The notes under the pieces: model-generated | The model's database searches: none | Seen by the model: the letters and a program-made list of their open reading frames with translations, nothing else | Told to the model about the DNA's origin: nothing | In this document: positions 38,801-46,281 of the stretch, in pieces | How the letters are laid out: the number at the start of each line of letters is the position of its first letter | Numbering within the stretch: position 1 is the first letter of the stretch | Assembly (NCBI GenBank): GCA_963600815.1 | Contig: CAVCCX010000007.1 | Coordinates: 1 to 51,694, forward strand | Reading direction: 5' to 3' | DNA: 51,694 bases | DNA from: Bacteroides uniformis | GTDB taxonomy: Bacteria; Bacillota_I; Bacilli_A; RFN20; CAG-288 | Made by a program: the position numbers and the translations under genes

Positions 38801-39451
38801 AAGAATTTCACTTCCTGCTATTATTACATCGACCTGGTGGACTACTACATCGGTTGTAGACAGAAGGTGAACAAGGATAACATCCATCAGTATGAAAAAT
38901 ACAAGGAACTGAGAACAAAAGTCCAGAATTACGCAAAACAGTATGCCACCACTTTCCGCAAGGAAATCAAGGATTTCCAATTGACCAAAGAAAATCTTAC
39001 AACCGAAAAGGTGGATTCCCTCTATCAGAAATATGTCAATCTGAATATCAAAAACGTCTGGAATTATTCCTATGGCGAATTCTTCCTTTCCTGTGACATC
39101 GATGAAATCATCACCGAGATTCCCTGTGAAGAGACCTCCACAGAGGAAAATACAGTGGATGAGGAAATTGAAGAGGAGTTCGATTACCTAAGCCAATACT
39201 ATACGATTCTCTCTTCGATGTGCATCAAAGTTCTTTTTGACACTTATCCCGAAAAAACAAATGAAAACACAAATAAGATCAAAGAAATGATCTATGGATA
39301 CTATAATCTAGATGACCTCGAAAAGCGAAAGGGCATCAAAGAGTATCTCGATGAATATCTCCTTTTTGTCTCTGATACCTCGAAAGTCATCGACTACGAT
39401 AAATATGTCGCGTTGTTATCCTCTTTGAATGGAGAAAGCAGTGAAATCTGA
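35804..39451 (+). CDS. large surface lipoprotein: Ig-like domain, Listeria-Bacteroides repeat, BspA-type leucine-rich repeats, and about 600 aa of unknown Tyr-rich helical region
   Basis: ATG 35804 follows AAAGGAG. Lipobox LLNAC. Big_3-like RVTITGGDTSTIGQKTISIVFQGETFSF. Flg_new-like YHVTLNFNGG...FSGWFYDEELT. Repeated IG..AF motifs typical of LRR_5. No LPXTG motif. Confidence 0.75.
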   Translation: MKKSIVSLCSLLLFCSPLLNACSKNETSASSYSSTEDSTSSSEEKISLENPFKSVYGLGEVIDFSTIEIKVKKGNEVEYVNGLDNRVTITGGDTSTIGQKTISIVFQGETFSFGYEVKEYHVTLNFNGGQYQEKESLVLPCKKNRVDLSSIKPEKADEEGNALIFSGWFYDEELTKRVSSLIESEFYTENDVTLYAGFDADYTEQFIYRIDKENQSATILTVNFDNIFMLTMESELHIPSTIENYPVKEIASSVFYDTATDTDYASWMMISEIVFDEDSQLEIIGENAFNQMSSLSQIKFPKTLKKIGKYAFSATGLGPTLELPSSLEEIGEMAFSYISNLEKVTFPENSHLKLIDKEAFSGDFYLTDFSFPDSLEEIREGAFSSCNDMSEIHLPKNLKVIGPYAFKNMRSLKKIEVDEGNNHFVSVDGNLYNKAKTKLLKFCTGSQLTEFTLPSTVRIIGDSAFNSFGNVSALKKVIVPEGLTYIGKEAFYDCGFDLELPSTLSSFSLEAFNGYSGKNVTLSKNNTKYTLDQGILYSINHQTLYKCLNSLRATQLVLDDRVKTISRNAFLGCSKIESLRISSSSSLVSIQKDGIPLSSMNELKYIQIDLSNPILMNYKSFGMELSSFNASYHILFGNDTVKDALLSTMNNEEKENFESFIQEKSTIKDTVKEEIAGAIGLTYQENISGSHATLFEIIRPDGLAVNNINSLLSYLYQTMDYTTEEFAYYTEYEKIIYASLALGLKQEEYGFNYDLAQKYIDRYQNLPSSIKKAAEGSYTIILSLLKGINKSDELNSLYSEILSMPVDEDTFDVEKYLQIEKKAEEYNLDSISVPDAVYEKYIFLKISYQISVVTKIPLDEISYSNMNQLNYYLFPCQENNYYTLPTMIAAYCSTDYRKKQIYHYNEFQTYYENFLTVYENEREKLKQEMLDFDITTYDKTRYASFFEEKVMLLETYYATLEDEEPTILDKVLTICINLNIQSLIDTLSMDGSDEISLNEKNFTSCYYYIDLVDYYIGCRQKVNKDNIHQYEKYKELRTKVQNYAKQYATTFRKEIKDFQLTKENLTTEKVDSLYQKYVNLNIKNVWNYSYGEFFLSCDIDEIITEIPCEETSTEENTVDEEIEEEFDYLSQYYTILSSMCIKVLFDTYPEKTNENTNKIKEMIYGYYNLDDLEKRKGIKEYLDEYLLFVSDTSKVIDYDKYVALLSSLNGESSEI

Positions 39452-42400
39452 AATTGAAATCCGTTTTGCGTTGCATAAGTCAACCCTCAGCGTCGATTAC
39501 AGGAAGAAAGACGATGAAATCATCTCTCATCTTCCTTTTGCGGACTTCTTTCGCCAGATCATCGCTCCGAATTCGACAATCCTGAGGGAAACCAGGGAAT
39601 CTTCCACCTCGGTCCTCAATTTCCTCATGGCTGGAAAAGTCAACCAGGCCTTCAATCTTTCGGATGAAAGACAGAATGCCCAGATTTCCTTCAAGATTAC
39701 GGAAATCAAAGAGGATTGCATCTTTGTCGAATTTTCCAGACGTCAGAAAAAGGAAGACAGCGCCTCGCAGATCGAAAGCATCGATTATCTCACGAAGGTC
39801 TATTCGCGAAGCTATCTTTTCACGACCTTGGAAAACATTCTCGAGAAAAGCGAGAAAAGAGAATGCTATCTCATCATGATCGACTTGGACAACTTCAAGA
39901 TCATCAACGATTCCTTCGGACACATCGTCGGCGATGCCTGTCTGAAAGAGATTGCAAACAAGCTGAGCCACATCTTCCAAGGCCATATCCTAGGCCGTTT
40001 CGGCGGTGATGAATTCCTTGCCTTTGTCGACAATGTCGATGAAGAGACACTCGACAGCCTGATCAAGCAGACCCTGAATGTCCGCTATCAGTATGAAAGA
40101 AGAATGGATGGCAGGTCGCTGGTCACCTGCTCGATGGGCATTGTCAAAATCACCTCCTTCCCGAGCGAGCTTCTTTCCTGGATTGAGAAAGCCGATGAAG
40201 CCTTGTACCAATCCAAGAAGTTCGGAAAGAACTGTGCTCAGATTCACAACGGAAAAATCTATCGTTCCGAAAACGCCATCAAGCCGAAAAAAAGCCAGTT
40301 CGTCCTGAAGAGTCTTTCCTCCTCCGCCCTCTTCAAGCAGGAATACCAGAACCGAAAAAGGAATTATCTTGCCCTCACCCTTCTTTTCATCTTCCTTTTC
40401 ATCTTTGCCATCGTCGCAATCGATCTCGGCTTCGCCTATCGAACAAAGACCCTCATCCAGGATTTGACCAGCCAGGAAATGGAAAAGAATTCCTCCTCCG
40501 TCTCCGCCCTCATCAAGCAGAAGAACGATGAATCCTTCCTCAATCTGTCAAACAGCAAAAAGATTCTCGACAATACCAAAGAGAGTGTCGATGAGAATTA
40601 TTCCCTCACCCTTCTTGCTGTCCTCAAGGATGAGACATTGTTGAACACGCCAGGCCTTCTTTTGGAAACCGGAGAGGTTCTGCTTGAAGATGGAAAAGTA
40701 TTGAATATGGCGACATCCACGCTTGCCAAAGACATCCTGATCAGCAAGGAAAACCAGGCATTGGATATGATTTCCTTCATCAACGGCGAGACAAGATTCG
40801 CTTTTGCCATTCCCTATGAAAAAGAGATTCCAGAAGAAGGTCTTCTCATCAAGGGCATCGTCTCCCTCTTCAGCCAATCGGATTATGCCTCCTTCGTCTT
40901 CTCAGGCATCGATGAGACAAAATATATCGCCCTGGTCGATCAAAACGGAAACAAGATCTGTCAGAATGATTCCTCAAAAATCGAATTCTTCAACTCGAAT
41001 TCCAACTTCAAGGAATATTTCCGGAGCATGAACCAGACAGGAAATCTTGAGAAACTCACCTCTTCCCTTGCCAAGAAGGAAGCCACGATGGAACTCTACA
41101 CCATCGCTGAAAGCAGCTATTTTGCCTATACCATCCAGATTGCAGATACGTCCTGGCATCTTTATATCCTGACTTCCTATGAGACGGTCGCCAGCACGTT
41201 CGATCCGATCAAGAACAACGCCATGACCTCCCTCAATCTCACCTCGGCCGTCTTCCTGATTCTCTCCTGTGTCGCCCTTCTCTACGTCTATCGCTTAAGA
41301 AATATCGCCTTTTTGAACAAATATGTCGACCCCGTCACCCAATCCATCAACGAACAGCGATTCCGTCTTGATGCCCAATACATCAAATGCCATCAGAGCT
41401 CAACCCACTATCTTGTCTACTTCAACCTGAAGAGGTTCAAACTTGTCAACAATCATCTCGGCGACGAAAAAGCCGATGAACTGCTTCTGACCATCTCCCA
41501 GGCCCTCGAAAAGGAATGCCAGGAGGATGAAATCGTCAGCAGAGAATATTCCGACCACTTCATGCTTCTCCTCAAGGGAGAAAACAACAAACAGGTCCGG
41601 TCTCGTGTCGAGAACACCATCGAACGGCTCATCAACGAGATTCAGTTCACCAAAGGCGTGAAAGTTGCCTTCTATATCGGCATCTATCAGATCGAAAAGG
41701 AGAGCAAGTCTCCTATCTGGATTGCCATCGACCGTGCGCGCTATGCCTGCTACAGCATTCCGAAATCCAACAACAGTCTCGACATCTGCTTCTTCGATCA
41801 GTCCATGCTCAAGAATGAGGAACTGGAAGTCTACATCGAGCAAGCCCAGGAGAACGCTCTCCGCGAAGGAAAATTCCAGGTCTACTATCAGGGAAAATAC
41901 AATCTCCACACGCATGCCTTCAGCGCCTGTGAAGCCCTGGTAAGATGGAAGGATGACAATAAAGGATTCATCAACACGCAGACCTTCATCGATGTCTTCG
42001 AAAGAAACAGTTTCATCATCCGTCTGGATCTCTATGTCTTCGAAGCCGTCCTGAAGGACATCAGAAAGAGGCTGGACAGCCATCAGATTGTCCTTCCGAC
42101 GAGCATCAACCTCAGCCGCAAGCACTTCGACTTCAAGGATTCCTTCAAACCCTATGAGGAACTGATCGAGAAATACCAGATTGAAGGAAAATACCTCGAA
42201 TTCGAAATCACCGAATCCATCATTCTCAACAGCGAGAACAACCTCGACGATACCATCAAGAGAATCCACAATCTCGGAGCCAAAGTCTCCATCGATGACT
42301 TCGGAAGCGGATTTTCCAACTTCAGCATGATCAACCACATCGACTACGATATCATCAAGCTCGACAAGAAGCTTCTCGAGGGAAAGAATGGCTTTGACGA

Positions 42401-42602
42401 ATATTCGAAGAACATCCTTGCCACACTGACGAAGCTCAACAAGACGATGAACAAGGAAGTCCTCACCGAAGGGGTCGAAACCAAGGAGGAATCCGACTTC
42501 TTGGCCTCCATCGGATGCGATCTCATCCAAGGCTACTACTATTCCAAGCCTTCTGATCCAGTTTCCTTCTACGCCTTAGTCAGGAAGACAAACGAAAAAT
42601 AA
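39429..42602 (+). CDS. membrane c-di-GMP turnover protein: N-domain, GGDEF, TM, extracytoplasmic sensor, TM, degenerate GGDEF, EAL
   Basis: 1057 aa. GGDEF at nt 40002..40016. TM segments near 40365..40436 and 41226..41291. Second GGDEF-like domain has YSDHF at 41547..41561. EAL at 41931..41939, plus EFEITES, DDFGSG, KLDK, EGVET and QGYYYSKP. Confidence 0.85.
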   Translation: MEKAVKSEIEIRFALHKSTLSVDYRKKDDEIISHLPFADFFRQIIAPNSTILRETRESSTSVLNFLMAGKVNQAFNLSDERQNAQISFKITEIKEDCIFVEFSRRQKKEDSASQIESIDYLTKVYSRSYLFTTLENILEKSEKRECYLIMIDLDNFKIINDSFGHIVGDACLKEIANKLSHIFQGHILGRFGGDEFLAFVDNVDEETLDSLIKQTLNVRYQYERRMDGRSLVTCSMGIVKITSFPSELLSWIEKADEALYQSKKFGKNCAQIHNGKIYRSENAIKPKKSQFVLKSLSSSALFKQEYQNRKRNYLALTLLFIFLFIFAIVAIDLGFAYRTKTLIQDLTSQEMEKNSSSVSALIKQKNDESFLNLSNSKKILDNTKESVDENYSLTLLAVLKDETLLNTPGLLLETGEVLLEDGKVLNMATSTLAKDILISKENQALDMISFINGETRFAFAIPYEKEIPEEGLLIKGIVSLFSQSDYASFVFSGIDETKYIALVDQNGNKICQNDSSKIEFFNSNSNFKEYFRSMNQTGNLEKLTSSLAKKEATMELYTIAESSYFAYTIQIADTSWHLYILTSYETVASTFDPIKNNAMTSLNLTSAVFLILSCVALLYVYRLRNIAFLNKYVDPVTQSINEQRFRLDAQYIKCHQSSTHYLVYFNLKRFKLVNNHLGDEKADELLLTISQALEKECQEDEIVSREYSDHFMLLLKGENNKQVRSRVENTIERLINEIQFTKGVKVAFYIGIYQIEKESKSPIWIAIDRARYACYSIPKSNNSLDICFFDQSMLKNEELEVYIEQAQENALREGKFQVYYQGKYNLHTHAFSACEALVRWKDDNKGFINTQTFIDVFERNSFIIRLDLYVFEAVLKDIRKRLDSHQIVLPTSINLSRKHFDFKDSFKPYEELIEKYQIEGKYLEFEITESIILNSENNLDDTIKRIHNLGAKVSIDDFGSGFSNFSMINHIDYDIIKLDKKLLEGKNGFDEYSKNILATLTKLNKTMNKEVLTEGVETKEESDFLASIGCDLIQGYYYSKPSDPVSFYALVRKTNEK

Positions 42603-42660
42603 ACCGAAACGAAAAACTGCCAGCCTTGTACTGACAGTTTTTTCGTTTCGTTCTTCTTGT
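42603..42660. terminator. bidirectional terminator between convergent genes
   Basis: CGAAACGAAAAACTGCCAG, loop CCTTGTA, CTGACAGTTTTTTCGTTTCG. About 19-bp stem with one mismatch and one bulge. T-rich tracts follow on both strands. Confidence 0.75.
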
Positions 42661-44442
42661 CTAGAGAAGTCCGGACTGTTTGATCCAGTCTTCGATATCG
42701 GTATCCTTGATGGCAGAAAGTGCCTTTTTGAGAATGATTTTTTCCTTCCAGGAAAGATTCATGTCGGTGATCTTCTTCTTGTCGAGGGCATAATAGGTGG
42801 CACGGAGCATTTCTCGGATATCATAGCATGAGCCCCAGACTTCCGGAACACCACGATCGATATCCAAAAGGGTATAGGCGGCTTCCATGCCGGTACGGAT
42901 GGAATATTCCGTGGTGAAGATGGTGTCTCTCGGGGTTTCGGCAAACTGGCCGACGAAGGCAATGTTGAGGCAGTTGTCCGGGACGACCTTGGGTCTGTCC
43001 GTGCCCGTCCTTGGCTGGAAGAAGGCGTTGATGTAGGGCATAAAGCAGGTTGTGGTGTTGCATAATGAAGAGAGTTCTTCAATTCTGTCGATCGGGGCAC
43101 CGATATGATAGAGCCATTCCTGGCAGATTTCCTTGCCGGTGCATTCCCTCATCGGCTTCTTGATGTAGTTTCCGGGCTTGTCCGTGAAGAGAGAATAAAG
43201 CCAGACGATGACGGAGCCTTTGGGCTGTTCCTTGAACTGTGGCTGACGGTTGATGGTCCAGGAAAGTCCCCAGTTGTCGAAGGAATCCTTGACGGTGACA
43301 ATGCCGCCGGTAGTGACTTTTCCTTCTCTTGGATCGCGATGGCAGATATTCTTGACGAGGCTGATGACTTCCTCAGAGGTGAAATAGACGCTGGCCGACA
43401 TCCAGTTGGTCTTCTCATAGTCCGAGCAGAAGGCCTTCGGATTTCCGAATTCCTTTCCCTGGGCTGCGATTTTCTCCCAGAGGTTCCATCCATCGCCGAC
43501 ATTGTTGCGGATATGGGAGAGGTCCGGTGCATGGTCATTGTCGCCATAGCAGGAGACATCCGTGCAGCAGCCATTGGTAACGATGAAGAAATCATCATTG
43601 GTCAGCTGCTTGGTCTCTGTCTTTCCATCTTTTTCATAGGTGAAGGAAGTGACGGCTTTCTTTCCGGAGATTTCTTCGATCTTGCAGTCGATGACCTTCA
43701 CACCGAAATCAAAGACAACACCTCTCTTTTCCAGATATCTCTGCAAGGGAAGAATCATGGATTCATACTGGTTGTATTTCGTGAAGCGGAGAGCGGAGAA
43801 ATCCGGAAGTCCATCGATATGATGGATATAGCGCTGGATATAGCGCTTCATCTCCAAGGCACTCGACCATTTCTGGAAAGCGAACATGGTCTGCCAATAG
43901 AGCCAGAAATTGCTCTTCCAGAAGTGATCCGTGAAGCATTCCTCAATCGTCTTGTTCTCCAGATCCTTCTCTGGGGTCAGATAGAGCTTGAGAAGTTCTT
44001 TCTGGGCCTTGTCATCGAGCTTGAAAAGCTTATCGGTGTGGGCATCTTCTCCGCGGTTGAGGGTCGCACGGCACAAAGAATAATTCGGATCATGCTTGTT
44101 GAGCCAATAATATTCATCTAAGACCGAGACATTCTCGTTTTCGATGGAAGGGACATCACGATACATATCCCACATGACTTCGAAATGGTTGTCCATTTCT
44201 CTTCCGCCACGCATATAGAATCCCTTGCTGATGTCATGATAGCCATCGCAGGATCCCCCGGCCAGGCCCAGAAGATCGAGAACATGGACATTCTCTCCCT
44301 TGAGCTGTCCATCACGGACAAGATAGAAGGCGGCCGAGAGTCCGGCTAAGCCTGAACCGACAATATAGGCTGATTTCTTTTCCGCATCCTTCGGTTTCTC
44401 TGGATGGGCAAATGCTTCATACGTACCACTGGAATAATACAT
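42661..44442 (-). CDS. ohyA: oleate hydratase (MCRA family, FAD-dependent)
   Basis: 593 aa. N-terminal FAD motif AYIVGSGLAGLSAAFYLVRDG, and family-typical GGREMDNHFE, RFTKYNQYES. Confidence 0.9.
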   Translation of the reverse strand: MYYSSGTYEAFAHPEKPKDAEKKSAYIVGSGLAGLSAAFYLVRDGQLKGENVHVLDLLGLAGGSCDGYHDISKGFYMRGGREMDNHFEVMWDMYRDVPSIENENVSVLDEYYWLNKHDPNYSLCRATLNRGEDAHTDKLFKLDDKAQKELLKLYLTPEKDLENKTIEECFTDHFWKSNFWLYWQTMFAFQKWSSALEMKRYIQRYIHHIDGLPDFSALRFTKYNQYESMILPLQRYLEKRGVVFDFGVKVIDCKIEEISGKKAVTSFTYEKDGKTETKQLTNDDFFIVTNGCCTDVSCYGDNDHAPDLSHIRNNVGDGWNLWEKIAAQGKEFGNPKAFCSDYEKTNWMSASVYFTSEEVISLVKNICHRDPREGKVTTGGIVTVKDSFDNWGLSWTINRQPQFKEQPKGSVIVWLYSLFTDKPGNYIKKPMRECTGKEICQEWLYHIGAPIDRIEELSSLCNTTTCFMPYINAFFQPRTGTDRPKVVPDNCLNIAFVGQFAETPRDTIFTTEYSIRTGMEAAYTLLDIDRGVPEVWGSCYDIREMLRATYYALDKKKITDMNLSWKEKIILKKALSAIKDTDIEDWIKQSGLL

Positions 44443-44579
44443 TTTTGTTTCCTCCCTATTCCTGATGGCACCATTCTACAAGGAAGGAAAAAGAAGAAAC
44501 ATAGACAATGTTCAGACAATGATAAAAACTTTTGCAAAGCCTTCATATTGATAGAATTTTTATCATTTCTGAAAATATG

Positions 44580-44641
44580 ATAAAAAGGCTTCCGGTGAAA
44601 CAGAAAGAAGATTCCTGTTTATCCGAAAGCCTGTTTTTTTG
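44580..44641. terminator. long hairpin terminator after the interrupted ATPase gene
   Basis: AGGCTTCCGG (44586..44595) pairs with CCGAAAGCCT (44623..44632). An inner AAACAG/CTGTTT helix is present. A and T runs flank both sides. Confidence 0.6.
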
Positions 44642-44692
44642 ATGAGAGAACTTAAAGTAGATCATCCTCTTCAGCCTCTGTCAGAGTGATTT

Positions 44693-46027
44693 TCAATCCC
44701 AATCCGATAGATATCTTTTCATCAGGAAAGAGCAGAAATAAGGGAAGGTGTAGATATTGTTTTTGTTTCCGATATTGAAATCACCCAATTTGATTCCATG
44801 CCTGATGTCTGCGTATTTTTCATTCTTGATCAAGGCTTGCAGCGATTTTGATTGATTGCTGTTGGATTTCACTTCGACGGGAATCAGTTCATTCTTGCTC
44901 CGGACAAAGAAATCTTCCTCAAGCTGTGAATCGTCCTTCCTGTAATAAAATAGGCCGATTCCTTGTTTCACAAAGGCTTCCGCCACAAAATTCTCATAGA
45001 GAGCACCTTTGTAGACGCCGAGATTCTTATTGACGCGCAGATCTTCCTATGCTTCATCATCCAGGGTCGAAACAAGAAGTCCCGTATCCGGATAATACAA
45101 TTTATATTTCGCTTCATCCGTATTTCCCTTTAGGGGCAATTCAGGAAAAAGAAGGCAATCGCATTTCAGGATGACACCTGCGTCAAGAAGCCAATCAATA
45201 CATCCGCTATATTCCCTTGAACGGGCATTCTTGGAAAGCTGATTGAACTGAAATTTCTTATTTTCCTTGGCCAGCTGAGAGGGGATATTCCGATATATGC
45301 TGATGATTTTTGTCTGATCGAGGCCGAGGGCGTATTTTCGGACATCTTCTTCATAATCGAGCATAATCTGCCTTTGGATATCCAACGTCTTTGAAAAATG
45401 GTTGTTTTGGACATAATGGCTGATCACAGCCGGCATTCCACCCAAAACACAATATTCCAAGAATAATTTCTTATAGGTATTCAGTTCCAGTTCCGAAAAT
45501 GGCTTTATCTCCTTCATATGCTTCAAAAGATCATCGATATACGATTCCGAATAGCCAAGCGACCACAGGAATTCCTCAAAATCAAAAGAGAACATCGTAT
45601 AGTCTGTCTTATAGCCGACACTATTGCTATGAATTCTCTTGTAATTGATTCCCAGCATACAACCACTGCAGATGACATCATACCTGCCATCAATCTTGAA
45701 GGATTTCAATGTGGTCGCAATATCCGGAAATTCCTGGATTTCATCACAGATGATGATTGTCTCATGTGGTTCGATGATCAATTTTGGGTCGACAAAGATG
45801 ATATTCTTTATGACACTCGCCGCATCATATCCATCGTTCAGAATGACCTGGAATTTCTTGTCAAAGACAAAATTGATGTAAATCACATTCTTGTAATGAT
45901 TGTTCGCAAAATGCAGAATGGATTCTGTCTTTCCAATCTGGCGTGCGCCTTTTACGATCAAGGGATTATGGTCCGAATCGTTTTTCCAATCGATCAAAAA
46001 GGAATCTATCTTTCTTCTTAGATACAT
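44693..46027 (-). pseudogene. AAA_14 ATPase / DUF4143 (PD-(D/E)xK-like) protein interrupted by one in-frame TAG at 45049..45047
   Basis: ORFs 45047..46057 and 44693..44986 are in the same frame. The gap translates without any further stop (DEA * EDLRVNKNLGVYKGALYENFVAEAFVKQG). P-loop GARQIGKTE. C-terminal EEDFFV...IPVEVK motif. Confidence 0.75.
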
Positions 46028-46052
46028 GATAAAGTTGCCTCTTCTTCGCTTT

Positions 46053-46158
46053 ATCACAAAAGATGAGGCAGTTCAACGCAATTCATCACATTTTATGAGG
46101 GAGTTTTAGGGGTAGTCATCACGTTTCTAGATGGACTTTTTTTTAACAAAGCCATCAC
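46053..46158. repeat. four dispersed copies of an ATCAC-core motif upstream of the interrupted ATPase gene
   Basis: TTATCACAAAA (46053), TCATCACATTTT (46085), TCATCACGTTTC (46118), CCATCACATTTT (46154). Coordinates give the start of the ATCAC core. Spacings are 32, 33 and 36 bp. Confidence 0.4.
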
Positions 46159-46281
46159 ATTTTCCAGAATTTACATAAAAGAAACCACGCATCTGTACAC
46201 TTTTAAGGCATTATTTAGGTGAGTTAATTATACCTTTTAGGAAAATCCCAAGAAATTCATTGGCAAAGAAATTGCCTTCCC

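Noticed and set aside
45047-45049. In-frame TAG as programmed recoding (pyrrolysine or suppression).
   Set aside because: TAG is used as an ordinary stop elsewhere in the window. No pyl genes or PYLIS-like context is visible. A simple nonsense mutation or a read error is more parsimonious.
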